A stretch of DNA of 64,000 bases, taken from NCBI GenBank assembly GCA_963843575.1, contig CAWJKZ010000015.1, forward strand, positions 1 through 64,000, read 5' to 3'. Each line of letters begins with the position of its first letter. Position 1 is the first letter of the stretch. This document shows, piece by piece, positions 50,578 to 61,556 of this stretch. Origin of the DNA: an uncultured Acidobacteriota bacterium. GTDB taxonomy: Bacteria > Acidobacteriota > UBA6911. The notes under the pieces were generated by a model. That model made no database searches and was not told the origin of the DNA. It was given only the letters and a program-made list of their open reading frames with translations. Both the position numbers and the translations under genes were made by a program.

Positions 50578-51599
50578 GCGAGGAACTCCATTTCTGCCCG
50601 CCCCGGGGTCTCCCCGCATTCGACCCGGTCCAGAAGTGTCAGCGCCTGATGGCTGAAGATCGCGCTCCACGTATTCCAGTGACGTGCTCCGCCGTATGGC
50701 ACTCTCCTGAACACGGGGGCGCCGTTTTCGTCCAGAAGGCCCAGGAGCGCTTCACGCGACCGGGTCATCGAGCGATGGCCGCCGGCTGGCAGGGGCACCA
50801 GGCAACCTGCCCGGAGCGTCTGCGCAAGGACGTCGGAACGCGCGCAATTCCCGACGCGCCGCAGGATCGCGGGGTACAGGGCGCCGGCGGCAGTCAGGCC
50901 GCCGTGATCGATTCCGCAGGCAAAACCCAGGACAAGTCCTTCGATGTGATACAGCAGAGGGTGGAGCTCATCGTCCGCAGGGTGTTCCCGGTAGTGATCG
51001 CGCCATCTGAAGTAAACGCGCGCCATCTCCTCGTGCAAGCGGGCGCCAGCGATCTCGCGCGGGATCCCCAGAATCGCCGCTGCGGGTTTCAGCTGGCAAG
51101 GGCCGGGCCGGGTCGACCATCGGGAGGGTAGGTCCCCAGTTTTTGCGTTACTGCGGGGGAGTACTGGCATCAGGGAGCCGTCGAAGGGGCAGAGCCGGGA
51201 ATACAGCCGCAACAACCGGTCGAGACACTCGTCGGCGAGCGCCCGCGGGATCCAGTCGCGGACGGCGGCAACGCCCCTGCACGCCATGGCCAAGTCGAAA
51301 GAAAAGAGTCCCCTGTTGCGCCAGTCCTGGGCTTTGCTGTTCAGATGATGGCGTGTCGTCAGCCCATCCCCGGCCTGGTACGAGAGCCAGGTCGCGGCAC
51401 GCAAAGCGCGCGTGGAAAGGTCAGGGGTGACGCCGCGCATCAAGCCCAGGAAAGCAAGCCACGTCAGGAAATAACCCGTCGCTTCGGGGTAGAGGTATTC
51501 CGGACCACAGACGCTGCTCGTGGAGCCGACCACGCCCCCGCAGTCGGGCCCTCGCTCGACCTGAACAGCGCTGAGAAGCCAATTCTCGAGCCTCTGCAT
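50574..51599 (-). CDS. Hypothetical protein, probable alpha/alpha-toroid enzyme
   Basis: YPEATGYF and FDLAM motifs; ATGA-coupled to the radical SAM gene. Confidence 0.65.
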   Translation of the reverse strand: MQRLENWLLSAVQVERGPDCGGVVGSTSSVCGPEYLYPEATGYFLTWLAFLGLMRGVTPDLSTRALRAATWLSYQAGDGLTTRHHLNSKAQDWRNRGLFSFDLAMACRGVAAVRDWIPRALADECLDRLLRLYSRLCPFDGSLMPVLPRSNAKTGDLPSRWSTRPGPCQLKPAAAILGIPREIAGARLHEEMARVYFRWRDHYREHPADDELHPLLYHIEGLVLGFACGIDHGGLTAAGALYPAILRRVGNCARSDVLAQTLRAGCLVPLPAGGHRSMTRSREALLGLLDENGAPVFRRVPYGGARHWNTWSAIFSHQALTLLDRVECGETPGRAEMEFLA

Positions 51600-51754
51600 C
51601 AAAACCCGGCGGCTCGGGGGAAACCGGGAGGGCGAGGCAGACAAACTTCCCCCCTCGGGCAAAGGGTTAGCGCCCTCATTCTATCGGATCTACAGGGTGT
51701 CGGATCCTGAAAATAGCAGAGCGTGATTTGTCTTTCCGGAAACCCCCTGCTCAT

Positions 51755-52090
51755 GTGATAGAAGGGAACGTGCGCACGCTCAACGACACGGCTGACTCTT
51801 ACCGCTTCTTCGACGCCACGCCGCACGCCGAGTTTCTCTATTCCTGCGTTCGGAGGACCATCGAGGAAGACCTGCCGCGCGAAACCGAATTGCTTGCCCG
51901 GTACGACCAATTTCGCGCGCGCATCGGGGCCATGGTCGACATGCCGGGGGGCGTACCTTGGAGCTTCTGTTTCGGTTTCTCCGGCAGAATGGCGGCCGTC
52001 TTTCCATGCGAGCCCGCGAGGGCGAACTGGCGGCAATGTCCGATAAAGAGGTTGCCTCCGCCGAACAGGCCTATGCCGACCTGTTTTCCC
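51755..52090 (+). pseudogene. Fic-family protein C-terminal remnant
   Basis: GNV..LNDTADSYRFFDATPHAEFLY..VDMP, a frameshift, then LLFRFLRQNGGRLS. Confidence 0.65.
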
Positions 52091-52166
52091 ACCTGTCAAA
52101 CCGCTGGGAATGACGGGATTTCTCCTTTGCCGCCCAGAGAGGTGCGGCGATTATTCCAGGTCTCAA

Positions 52167-53267
52167 TCATTTTGCGGGCATCTGCAGAAGGGTGCCCTCT
52201 CGAAGTTCATCCGTCGCTCGCCGGACGACCAGGTCGCCGGCCTTCAAGTCGCCAAGAACCTCCACAAGATCACCTTCGGCAGCCAATTTCCTGACATCTA
52301 CCCAATGAATTCGTCCGTTCTGGTTCCGTACCACAAACGTGCGTTCTGTGGTGGTAACTACGCTGGTCCTCGGGACAAAGAGCGCCGGCTGCGTGCGCCG
52401 GACGGGCCATTTGACCGTCGGATACATACCCGGGGCCAGTGAGCCGTCCTGGTTGACGATATCCATTTCAACTGGCATGGTGCGCGTCTTCTGATCCAGC
52501 ACTTGTGCTATTCGCGCCACCGTTCCCGCATAGGTACGTCCCGGGCGCGCGGGAACCGTGAAGTTCACCCTGGCGCCGTGCATGATTCCGCCGAGGTGTT
52601 CTTCGGGTATCGCGACAACGAGTCTGAGATGAGAAACCTGCTGGAGAACGAGCAAGACAGGATCGGCACCGGGACCGACCAGGGCCCCGGGGTGTACCAG
52701 GCGGTCCGTGACGACCCCGTCGAATGGGGCCGCTATTTTCAAGTAGGCCTGCATATCCATCAGGGAACGGACCGTCGCCTCGGCTGCCCTGATTGATTGT
52801 TGGCGCGCATTGAGGAGGGCTTTGGCTGCATCGACCTGTTTTTCGGCTTGAACAACTTCATTGCCTGCGATGGCTCCCGGAGTTTGGGCCGCCCTCTGCA
52901 TGCGATCCGCGGTGCTCTGCGCGGCTGCAAGTTGAGCTTCGGCCAGGAGGCGCTCAGATTCTGCCGCCTGCACCTTTGACTGGGCTTCGGCAATCTGGGC
53001 TGCCATTTCAGGAGCGGAGAGTTCGGCGAGGAGGTCCCCGTGTTTGACGACACTCCCCCTGTCCACGAGGATGCGATCGACGTATCCCGGCACTTTGGCG
53101 TGAAGCGAGACGCTCAGGTATGGCGCGATTTCGCCCGGCAGATCGATCGTTCGCGACACCGGCTTAGATACCACCGCTACGAGATCGCGACTTTGCGACC
53201 AGGCGATGCAGGCGATGGCAGAGAACGCCGAGATTGTCAAAACGAGAGAAGTGTCATGTCGCGTCAT
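52167..53267 (-). CDS. RND efflux membrane fusion protein
   Basis: [26 protein letters not shown] and LAPGMY motifs. Confidence 0.93.
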   Translation of the reverse strand: MTRHDTSLVLTISAFSAIACIAWSQSRDLVAVVSKPVSRTIDLPGEIAPYLSVSLHAKVPGYVDRILVDRGSVVKHGDLLAELSAPEMAAQIAEAQSKVQAAESERLLAEAQLAAAQSTADRMQRAAQTPGAIAGNEVVQAEKQVDAAKALLNARQQSIRAAEATVRSLMDMQAYLKIAAPFDGVVTDRLVHPGALVGPGADPVLLVLQQVSHLRLVVAIPEEHLGGIMHGARVNFTVPARPGRTYAGTVARIAQVLDQKTRTMPVEMDIVNQDGSLAPGMYPTVKWPVRRTQPALFVPRTSVVTTTERTFVVRNQNGRIHWVDVRKLAAEGDLVEVLGDLKAGDLVVRRATDELREGTLLQMPAK

Positions 53268-56200
53268 AATATCGGCTCGCTGGATCCATGGGGTTGAGAG
53301 AAGAGGAAGCCGTGGATGCCCCGCCCTGAAGAATGGCGTAGATCGACGGCAGAACGGTCAGCGTCGCGAAGGTCGATGCGATAAGGCCGCCAATGACGGC
53401 TCGGCCAAGAGGCGCCGATTGTGATCCGCCTTCGCCGAACCCGATGGCCATCGGCACCATGCCGACAATCATCGCGGCCGCGGTCATGAGGATGGCACGC
53501 AGGCGGCTCGCGGCACCCTCGCGCGTGGCTTCGAATAAAGGCCTCCCCTCGTGCCGGAACCGTTCGGCGAAGGTGATCAGAAGAATCGAGTTCGCCGCTG
53601 CAATCCCGATCGACATGATCGCGCCCATGAACGATTGAATGTTCAAGGTCGTCCCGGTCAAATCGAGCATCAGCAGAACGCCGCAAAGCACCGCGGGAAC
53701 GGTCAGAATGACGGCCAGGGCCAGCCGCATGGATTGGAAGTTAGCCGCGAGCAGGAGAAAGATCACGGCGATCGCGAGCAGCAGTCCGGTTCGAAGGCCC
53801 GAAATCGTCTGTTCGAGCGGAGGAATCTGTCCCCGATACCTGACGCTGATGCCCCTGGGCGGCGTTCCGGCCCGGGCGAGCGCGGCATTCAGAGCGGGTG
53901 CCGCTTTACCGAGGGTGATGCCATTCAGATTTGCAGTCAGACTGATCACTCGCTGACCGTTGTTACGCTCGATCATCCCGGGCATGGTTCCGAGCTTCAG
54001 GTCCGCGATGTTCGTGAGTTCGGTATCGGTGCGGCCGTTTTGCATCACCGGGAGCTCGCCGAGATCCTCCAAGCTCTGCAGCCGGTTCTGAGGCAGCTGG
54101 ACCTGTATCTGAAAGGCGTTGCCTGAGTTCGGATCCCGCCAGTAGTTCGGCTGGGTAAATCGCGAAGAGGATGTGGCCGGTACGACGGAGCGCACGACAT
54201 CGGCCATGGTCAAGCCAAACTGCCCGGCCCGGTCACGGTTGACGTTGATGTCCAGCGTCGGATAGTTGAGTTCCTGGGCAAACTGGAGGTCACGCAGAAA
54301 AGGCAGTTTCGCAATCTCCGCCTGGACCTTCTGAGCGTATGCGTAATTGTCTTGCAGATTAGTCCCCTGAATGGCCACCTCGACCGGCGTTGGGGAACCG
54401 AAGCCCATGACTTGGCTCACTATATCGCCCGCCTCAAAGGAGAACCGGCAGGCCGGGAGTTCCCGGTGCAGGGCGGCACGCAACTCTTCCCGCAAGGCGT
54501 CTCCTCGTTGCGTCTTGGGGCTGACGGCCACCTGAATCACCGCTTCCTGAGGCCCGCTGGTAAACAGATGGATCAAATCCACCGGATAGCTGGAGGGCAC
54601 GACACCCACGAAGTCGCTGGTGATTAAAACGTTTTCCTGTCCGATTTCGCGGCGAATCACATCCAGTGCGCGCAGAACGATTCGCTCCGTTTCTTCTACC
54701 CGGGTGCCCGTCGGAGCGCGGAGGCGCAGCCGCAGCACCGGAGCATCGACATCGGGAAAGATCTCGGTCCCCATGCGCGGCAGGATGAGGTAGACGAGTC
54801 CAACGGAGACCATCAGATAAGTGAGAACGACCGGCCAGCGGAACCGCAACACAAGCCGGAGGTATCCCGAATAGAGTGCCCGAAGGCGCCCGAAGAGCGC
54901 TTCGCCGCGATGCGATTCCCGCATCAGCCACGTCGCAAACACCGGAACCAGACTGCTGGAAAGCAGGTAGGACGCGATCATCGCGAACCCGACCGACAGG
55001 GATAAAGGGACGAACAGCTGGCGGCTGACGCCGATCATGAAGAATGAGGGAACGAACACGGCCAGGATGCAGAGCATCGAGAGCAATCGCGCGACGGCTG
55101 TTTGGCTGGAGGCCTGAAGCACTGCGCGGGCCCGCGATACGCCCGGGAGCATCTGGGTATGAATATTTTCGATCGACACCGTGGCTTCGTCGACCAGAAC
55201 GCCGACGGCGAGCGCCAGACCTCCCAGCGTCATGATGTTGATCGTCTGGCCCGCGCCCCACAGCAGGATCACGGCACTGAGCAGGGCGAACGGGATGTTC
55301 AGGACGACGATGAGCGCGCTTCGCCAGTCGCGCAGGAAGATCAATACCATCAGACCGGTCAAAACGGCGCCAAGCGCCCCTTCCGTAATCAAGCCGCGGA
55401 TCGAGTTCGTGACGTAGGGAGACTGGTCGAATTCCAGCCTCACATCGACATCCTCGGGAACTGCCTTCCTGAAATCGGGAATGGCAGCCTTCACCTCGTC
55501 GATCACCGCCAGGGTGGAGGCGTCCGCTCGCTTCGTCACTGGGATGTAGACCGTCCGCTTCCCGTTTACGTGCGCATAAGCCGTAACGAGGTCGGTGCCG
55601 TTCTCGATGGTCCCGATGTCCCGGAGGAAAACGGTAGTTCCGGACACGGGACGGATCGGCGTGCTCATCAGCTCCGAGAGGTTGCCCCCCAGCGCGGCAT
55701 TGGTTCTCGCGATGCGATTGATGGATCCCGTCCACATGTTCCCGGACGGCATAACCAGGCTGGATTTGCTCACGGCCGAAATCGCTTCGTCCGGAGAGAT
55801 GTGATACTGCTTCAGCTTGCCCGGATCGAGGGTAATGACGATCGACCTTTGGTTTCCGCCGAACGGAGGCGGGGCGGAGACTCCCGGCAGCGTCGCGAAC
55901 AGAGGCCGTACTCGGTTCAAGGCATAATCCTGCAACTCGCCCTGTGTGCGGGTAGCGCTGCTGAAAACCAGCTGGCCCACGGCCACGCTCCCCGCGTCAA
56001 AACGGGTGATGAACGGCGGAACAGTCCCCGGCGGCATGAAGGCGCGGGCCCGGTTCACATATCCCACCGTCTCCGACATGGCCTGGCTCATGTTTGTTCC
56101 TTCATGAAACACCAGCTTCATGAGCGCTGCCCCCTGGATACTCTTGCTTTCGACGCGATCTATGCCGGTGATGTACAGGAAGTGGTACTCGTAGTAGTAG

Positions 56201-56391
56201 GTGAGGTATCCCTCCATCTGGGCCGGGTCCATGCCGCCATATGGCTGCGCCACGTAGATTGCCGGGTCCCCCACTTGCGGGAAGATATCGACCGGCATTC
56301 GCTCAATTGCGAGGACCGCGCAAAGCGCGACCGCAATCAAGGCAACAACGACCGTCATGGGCCTGTTGAGAGCGGCCAGAACGAGGCGCAT
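53254..56391 (-). CDS. RND efflux permease (AcrB/CusA superfamily)
   Basis: MPVDIFP, GVLVDEATVSIENI and RLRAILMT motifs; about 1045 aa. Confidence 0.95.
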   Translation of the reverse strand: MRLVLAALNRPMTVVVALIAVALCAVLAIERMPVDIFPQVGDPAIYVAQPYGGMDPAQMEGYLTYYYEYHFLYITGIDRVESKSIQGAALMKLVFHEGTNMSQAMSETVGYVNRARAFMPPGTVPPFITRFDAGSVAVGQLVFSSATRTQGELQDYALNRVRPLFATLPGVSAPPPFGGNQRSIVITLDPGKLKQYHISPDEAISAVSKSSLVMPSGNMWTGSINRIARTNAALGGNLSELMSTPIRPVSGTTVFLRDIGTIENGTDLVTAYAHVNGKRTVYIPVTKRADASTLAVIDEVKAAIPDFRKAVPEDVDVRLEFDQSPYVTNSIRGLITEGALGAVLTGLMVLIFLRDWRSALIVVLNIPFALLSAVILLWGAGQTINIMTLGGLALAVGVLVDEATVSIENIHTQMLPGVSRARAVLQASSQTAVARLLSMLCILAVFVPSFFMIGVSRQLFVPLSLSVGFAMIASYLLSSSLVPVFATWLMRESHRGEALFGRLRALYSGYLRLVLRFRWPVVLTYLMVSVGLVYLILPRMGTEIFPDVDAPVLRLRLRAPTGTRVEETERIVLRALDVIRREIGQENVLITSDFVGVVPSSYPVDLIHLFTSGPQEAVIQVAVSPKTQRGDALREELRAALHRELPACRFSFEAGDIVSQVMGFGSPTPVEVAIQGTNLQDNYAYAQKVQAEIAKLPFLRDLQFAQELNYPTLDINVNRDRAGQFGLTMADVVRSVVPATSSSRFTQPNYWRDPNSGNAFQIQVQLPQNRLQSLEDLGELPVMQNGRTDTELTNIADLKLGTMPGMIERNNGQRVISLTANLNGITLGKAAPALNAALARAGTPPRGISVRYRGQIPPLEQTISGLRTGLLLAIAVIFLLLAANFQSMRLALAVILTVPAVLCGVLLMLDLTGTTLNIQSFMGAIMSIGIAAANSILLITFAERFRHEGRPLFEATREGAASRLRAILMTAAAMIVGMVPMAIGFGEGGSQSAPLGRAVIGGLIASTFATLTVLPSIYAILQGGASTASSSLNPMDPASRYYDAT

Positions 56392-56408
56392 ATCTTCATC
56401 TCCTGAAC

Positions 56409-57857
56409 TTATTGGCTGACTTCGGCGAGAAACGGCTGAATGTCCCCCGCCGCGGCAGCGACTGCCAGGAGGCCGCGCCACACGTTCAGCCGGGCAAGGG
56501 CATCGTCAATCTCGGATTGTGCGAGCAGCCGCTCTGCTTCCGCCACGTCGTCGATATTCCCCAGCCCCGATTGATAGCGAGCCGTTGCCTGTTCGACGGT
56601 GGCCCGTGCGGCCGAGACCTGTATGGGCGTGTTGGCCGCCACCCTTCGGGCGCCCATCAGAGTGGCTGTGGCCGCATTCCACTGCGCTTTGAGGTCTGCG
56701 GCGATCTGCTGATATCGGGCGGTCTCCGCACGAATGGCCGCTTCTTGCCCGGCCTCTCGCGCATGTAACGAAAAGCGGTCGAACACGGGAAATGTAACGG
56801 TAAATCCCACGGCATAGTTCTGAGTGTCGGGAGCTAGGCCGTTCAACCCTCCGAGCCGATTTCCGTTCGTCTCGGCACCTGTCCCGCGCGCATATGCGGA
56901 ACCCTGCAGGAGGAACCGGGGAAAGTACGATCGCTCCAGGATCCTGAGTTGCGCTGTCAACTGTTCGATGGCGGCGCTCTGCTCCCGGGCCGAGGGATTT
57001 GCGGCTGTGTCGAGCGGCCTTATAGCCTGTTCCGGCGCCGGCTGGAGCAATCTCGGCGCAGCAGTCGAGATCTGGACTGGTTCCATTCCCACGAATTGCG
57101 AAAGGTGGGCGCGCGCAACCTCGACCGCCTGCTGAGCCTGTATCATCTGGGTCCTCGCAGCGGCAACCTCGGCCTGGGCCCGCGAGGCGTCTGCGCCGGG
57201 GCGCAGTTGCGCGTCTGCCAACGCATTGATCGTTCTGGCGATCACCTCTGTTCGATCCACGGCGGCTTGCGCCGCCCGGACCGTCTCCTGTGCCGCCATG
57301 AGCGTGACGTAGGCTTCCGCCGTTGTGACTGCGATGTCAAACCGCGTTCGCTCCAGCGTCGCCTCGGACCGTGCCCGCGCGGCCGCTGCAGCCGCAACAC
57401 CCGCCCGTCGATATCCGAAATCAAAAGGCTCCCAGCTGACGAGCGTTCCCACCGCGCTGCCCCATACCGTTCCGAAATTGTTCGTCCCGAGCACGGGGCC
57501 GGACAGGGAAGGGACGACGCCCTGGGGCAACAACTGGCCGAAGACGTTGTTTCTCGTGGCGCGATTCACCTGTACCAGCGCATCGACTCGCGGCAAATAC
57601 GCAGTCCGCGCGAGCTGAATTGCGGCAGCCGCCACATTGATCTGTTCCTGCGAGACCTGTACGGAAGGATAGTTGCGCAATGCGGTTTCGACCGCCTGCG
57701 CGAGCGTCAGGCCAGCCGATTGACCGGCCTGCTGGGCCGCAAGAGCAAAGCTGCCCATTAGACTCAGGACCAGAACTCTTACCGCGTAGCCACACCCGCG
57801 TTTAATTGTCTTGACCACGGCCGCTATTCCCCTTCGACAAATCAACCATGAATTCAC
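56409..57857 (-). CDS. TolC-family outer membrane factor
   Basis: LTLAQAV..AL.NYP, ARTAYLP and ARYQSGL motifs. Confidence 0.92.
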   Translation of the reverse strand: MNSWLICRRGIAAVVKTIKRGCGYAVRVLVLSLMGSFALAAQQAGQSAGLTLAQAVETALRNYPSVQVSQEQINVAAAAIQLARTAYLPRVDALVQVNRATRNNVFGQLLPQGVVPSLSGPVLGTNNFGTVWGSAVGTLVSWEPFDFGYRRAGVAAAAAARARSEATLERTRFDIAVTTAEAYVTLMAAQETVRAAQAAVDRTEVIARTINALADAQLRPGADASRAQAEVAAARTQMIQAQQAVEVARAHLSQFVGMEPVQISTAAPRLLQPAPEQAIRPLDTAANPSAREQSAAIEQLTAQLRILERSYFPRFLLQGSAYARGTGAETNGNRLGGLNGLAPDTQNYAVGFTVTFPVFDRFSLHAREAGQEAAIRAETARYQQIAADLKAQWNAATATLMGARRVAANTPIQVSAARATVEQATARYQSGLGNIDDVAEAERLLAQSEIDDALARLNVWRGLLAVAAAAGDIQPFLAEVSQ

Positions 57858-58079
57858 GATCTCGATCCCTGGTTGGCGGGCGGCGCCAGGCTGACGCCGG
57901 CCAAATCATTCTTCAAAGCTGAGACAACCTTGCCGCCGATGTCCGGGCGCCGGGCATCGCCGCCGACGATCCGCAAAGACAACCCCGCCCAGCATGGCTG
58001 TCTGAAACAGCACCCGAAAACCGGCAGCCACGACGAGGGCCTGTGCGCCGTTAGGTCGGCTTAATGGGAGACGACTCAT

Positions 58080-58409
58080 TCATGACTCGCGATCGTCCTC
58101 ACCGAGGATCACTTCGCGATAAAGTTCCCCGACATTGGTGCGCAGCAGGCGGAGTACCTCACTGCCTTTCCTGGTAAGCGAGTACTCCTTGCGGGCGCGC
58201 AGACCGCCCCGCGGGTCGACTTTGCACTTCAGCCAGCCGCGATCGGACATGCGGGCGAGCATGGGATAGACTGTTCCGGGACTCACCTCATATCCGTGGT
58301 GTCGCAATTCCCGGATAATCCACTGGCCGACGACGGGCTTCTTCTCCGCGTGATGAAGGATATGGACCTTCCAGAAGGAAAGCAGGATCTCTCGCTCTAC
58401 GTCTTTCAT
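58080..58409 (-). CDS. PadR-family transcriptional regulator
   Basis: VSPGTVYPML and RKEYSLT..G motifs. Confidence 0.92.
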   Translation of the reverse strand: MKDVEREILLSFWKVHILHHAEKKPVVGQWIIRELRHHGYEVSPGTVYPMLARMSDRGWLKCKVDPRGGLRARKEYSLTRKGSEVLRLLRTNVGELYREVILGEDDRES

Positions 58410-58426
58410 GACTCCCGAGCCTGTTG

Positions 58427-58443
58427 TCGATTATCGTAGTCGA
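58427..58443. promoter_or_regulatory. Near-palindrome, candidate PadR operator
   Basis: TCGATTA-TCG-TAGTCGA, 18 bp upstream of padR. Confidence 0.45.
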
Positions 58444-58558
58444 ATACTGTAATGACTTCAATAGCAGGGCACTTACTCGGTTTCAACGCGGTTCCGGTGT
58501 GAGGGGTATTGCGCTCGACCTCGATACTTCATGAACAACCGAGCGGCAGGAGAGCGGT

Positions 58559-58624
58559 ACGCGGATGAACGCGGAGAAACGCGGATCAGAACTGACGATT
58601 CGGTCTGCCAGCGTTTATCCGCGT
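58559..58624. repeat. Decamer tandem repeat (ACGCGGATNN x3) with inverted partner
   Basis: Related arrays at 40151-40170, 59987-60016 and 61559-61576. Confidence 0.65.
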
Positions 58625-58872
58625 GCGCGGCGCCGGCCTCACCACGGGGTTTGAACGGACGCGGCCTGACGCGCGGCGGGCGCCAGTTGCAGTAAAACAG
58701 CCGCATCAGCGCGCTGCGTTCGGCCGGGTCGGAAGGCCTTGAGTTGTTCATCCGTTCTGCCCTCCTTCAGTCGGGTGTTTTCCGGACGCGGCCAACCCTG
58801 CGGACGCAGATGGATGCCACGTTATATCCGATGCAGGTCATTTTGCCACCCGATCCTGCCGCTTTCACCAAG

Positions 58873-58958
58873 CGTCCGGGCTGAAGAGGCTGTCCAACGG
58901 TTGATCTGCCCGCCCTGCCCGTAAAACAAGTGGGTCCGGGCTTCAGCCCGGACGTCTT
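58873..58958. repeat. REP-like hairpin pair / possible terminator
   Basis: GTCCGGGCTTCAGCCCGGAC hairpin at 58934-58953 and a partial inverted copy at 58873-58886. Confidence 0.55.
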
Positions 58959-58991
58959 TTGATCGGATCTATGTGGCGAAGGGCGCACGAT

Positions 58992-59849
58992 CTAGCGACC
59001 GCAAAAAGCGTCCGGGCTGCTCTCCGTCGAACTCCGGCGGATCACCTGGCTCAACGGGGTGTACACGACGCGGAAGCCCAGCCGGTGTATGGGGCTGAGG
59101 GGGTCCCGGAGGCCGGCACGAACAAAAAAGGCGGGAAGGTCCCATCCGCCCCCGCGCACCGGGTGGTGGGTGGATCCGGTCCCTTCCCAGGCGCTCCCGT
59201 CCGTCGGCGCTCCCTTATAATCGGGATGCCAGGTGTCCTGGCACCACTCCGGCACGTTGCCCAGCATGTCATAGAGCCCGAAGGCATTGGGCTGCTTCAC
59301 ACCCACGGGGTGGGTGGTGCCGCCCGCGTTCTCCGCAGCCCACGCGATCGCGTCCACCGGGCCGTAGGTCTCCTCCTTGCCGCCTGCCCGGCAGCCATAC
59401 TCCCACTCGGCCTCGCTGGGAAGACGGTAGCGCCGGCCCGGTTCGAGGGCGTTCAGCTTCCGGATGAACGCCTGAGCTTCCTGCCAGCTGACCCCTTCCA
59501 CGGGAGCATCGGGGCCTGCCTGACGAAAGTGGGATGGGTTGCCGCCCATTAAGGCCTGCCACTGTGCCTGGGTAACCTCGGTCACTGCCATCCAGAAGCC
59601 CGGCACGTCCACGCGGTGGACCGGCTGCTCCGCTGCGCGAACGGTGGAACCCATTTCGAAGCTGCCTGCAGGGATCTCGACGAATCGCATCCCGATGCTG
59701 TTGCAGACCGGGGCGGCCGCGACCCTGTTTCCGGCTCCGACGCGCTGGTCTTCGTGCGGGCCGAAGGGCGAGCGGGCGAAAACGCGTGGCGGTTGAGTGC
59801 AGGCCAGTAGCATGACGAGGACGACGCGGGTGGTTCTCTTGGCAACCAT
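58992..59849 (-). CDS. Formylglycine-generating enzyme (FGE-sulfatase) domain protein
   Basis: IPAGSFEMGS, RLPSEAEWEY, PNAFGLYDMLGNV.EW and RGG motifs. Confidence 0.92.
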   Translation of the reverse strand: MVAKRTTRVVLVMLLACTQPPRVFARSPFGPHEDQRVGAGNRVAAAPVCNSIGMRFVEIPAGSFEMGSTVRAAEQPVHRVDVPGFWMAVTEVTQAQWQALMGGNPSHFRQAGPDAPVEGVSWQEAQAFIRKLNALEPGRRYRLPSEAEWEYGCRAGGKEETYGPVDAIAWAAENAGGTTHPVGVKQPNAFGLYDMLGNVPEWCQDTWHPDYKGAPTDGSAWEGTGSTHHPVRGGGWDLPAFFVRAGLRDPLSPIHRLGFRVVYTPLSQVIRRSSTESSPDAFCGR

Positions 59850-60071
59850 CAGTGTCTCCCTTTCGGTCCCGGACGAGTCGCTGCCCTAGGCCCGGCGCGA
59901 TAGAAGTGAGGTTGTGAAGGTCCGTTTCCAAACCACGGGCCTCCTCCATCCCGCTAGACGAAGATCAGGCGCATGAAGTTCTGCTGATCTGCGTGGACCC
60001 GCGTCCATCAGCGTCCGATTTTGACCTGGTGGCCTCTGGACACCGGTCGCGCGGTCATCTATAACGACTGC

Positions 60072-61556
60072 ATGTCGCTCTCAGTCCTTGTCCTTTCCTT
60101 ACAGCTGGCGGCGGCCGGCGCCGGCCAGGCGCACCAACCTGCCGCAGCCCGGTTCGAGGGTGCGGCGTGCCCGGTCGAAGTTGCTGCGGACGAGCGTATC
60201 GACTGCGGCGTGCTGCTTGTGCCGGAGAACCGGCGCAGAGCGGGGAGCCGAACGGTGCGGCTGCCGGTGATGATATTCCGGAGCCGCTCGTCGGTGCCGG
60301 CACCGGACCCGATCCTGTTCCTGACCGGAGGCCCGGGCAACAGCGGCGTGGCCGGGCGGCGATCGGCCCGCGGGAATCCGTTCCTGGATGAGCGCGACTT
60401 CGTGGTGATGGAACAGCGTGGCACGCGGTATGCTCAACCGGCGCTCGAGTGCCCGGCCGTCAACGCTTTAAAGGGCGAGATCGCCGCGGGACGCTTGCGT
60501 GGAAACGCTGCGAACGCCGACCTGGTCAAGGCGGCGCGTGCTTGCCGCGACAAGCTGACGGCGGCGGGAACGGATCTGGACGGCTACTCGACGGAGGCCA
60601 GCTCCGACGACATCGAGGATCTGCGCAAGGCGCTGGGCTACCGGAACTGGAACCTCTACGGGATTTCGTATGGCACCCGTCTCGCCCTGACGGTGCTCCG
60701 CAGGCATCCGTCCGGGGTTCGCAGCGTGGTACTCGATTCGGTGCTGCCGCCCGAGGTGAATTTCGACGAAGTAGCCGCCAGCAACCTGCTGCGCGCCCTG
60801 AACGCGGTGTTCGACGGGTGTGCGAGTGATCGGGAGTGCGGCACCGCCTATCCGAACCTGAGACAGCGCTTCGCCGATCTCGTGGCCGGCGCCGACCGGC
60901 GGCCGCTCGGGTTACCGATCGATGCGGCGGACGCCGGCGGGCGTCCCGCCGAGATACGCGGCGCGCAGATCGTGGATGCAATCTACAACGCACTGCACAA
61001 GCCTCAGGCGATCCCGCGGATTCCGCGGATCATCAGCGCCGCCGCTGCCGGAGAGTACGCCGAGTTGCTGCCGCTGGTGAAGGAGAACCAGGGCCCCTCG
61101 TCTTCGAGTTGGGGGATGCGGTACTCGGTCTGGTGTTCGGAGGAATCGCCGTTCCAGAGCGCCGACAGGATCGCCGCCCAGCTCTCGCCCGCCCTGGGAC
61201 TGGGCGGCATCGACGAAACCACCGCGTCGCCGGAGGTGTGCCGGGCGTGGAACGTTTCCCCGGCCCCGGCGGTCGAGAACGAGCCGGTGAAAAGTGACGT
61301 TCCGGCCTTGGTTTTCGCCGGCGAGTTTGATCCCGACACGCCACCCGACTGGGGACGCCGACTCCTGGAGTCGATGCCCAACGCGCGCTACGTGGAGTTC
61401 CGCGGGCACAGCCACGGGGCGGGATTCAACGCGTGTGGCGCCGAACTCGTGACGGCCTTCCTGCGCGCCCCGGGCTCCCCGCTTCCCACGGACTGCGTGC
61501 TCAAACTCCGCGGCGCGGACTTCGGCTTGAGCGCGCGCCGACCCGTCAGCAAGTAA
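60072..61556 (+). CDS. Exported alpha/beta hydrolase (TAP-like peptidase)
   Basis: LTGGPG, nucleophile GISYG, GEFDPDTP and GHSH motifs. Confidence 0.92.
   Translation: MSLSVLVLSLQLAAAGAGQAHQPAAARFEGAACPVEVAADERIDCGVLLVPENRRRAGSRTVRLPVMIFRSRSSVPAPDPILFLTGGPGNSGVAGRRSARGNPFLDERDFVVMEQRGTRYAQPALECPAVNALKGEIAAGRLRGNAANADLVKAARACRDKLTAAGTDLDGYSTEASSDDIEDLRKALGYRNWNLYGISYGTRLALTVLRRHPSGVRSVVLDSVLPPEVNFDEVAASNLLRALNAVFDGCASDRECGTAYPNLRQRFADLVAGADRRPLGLPIDAADAGGRPAEIRGAQIVDAIYNALHKPQAIPRIPRIISAAAAGEYAELLPLVKENQGPSSSSWGMRYSVWCSEESPFQSADRIAAQLSPALGLGGIDETTASPEVCRAWNVSPAPAVENEPVKSDVPALVFAGEFDPDTPPDWGRRLLESMPNARYVEFRGHSHGAGFNACGAELVTAFLRAPGSPLPTDCVLKLRGADFGLSARRPVSK

Noticed and set aside
46207-51599. 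RiPP cluster around the SPASM enzyme
   Set aside because: No precursor peptide, RRE domain, peptidase or transporter was recognised.
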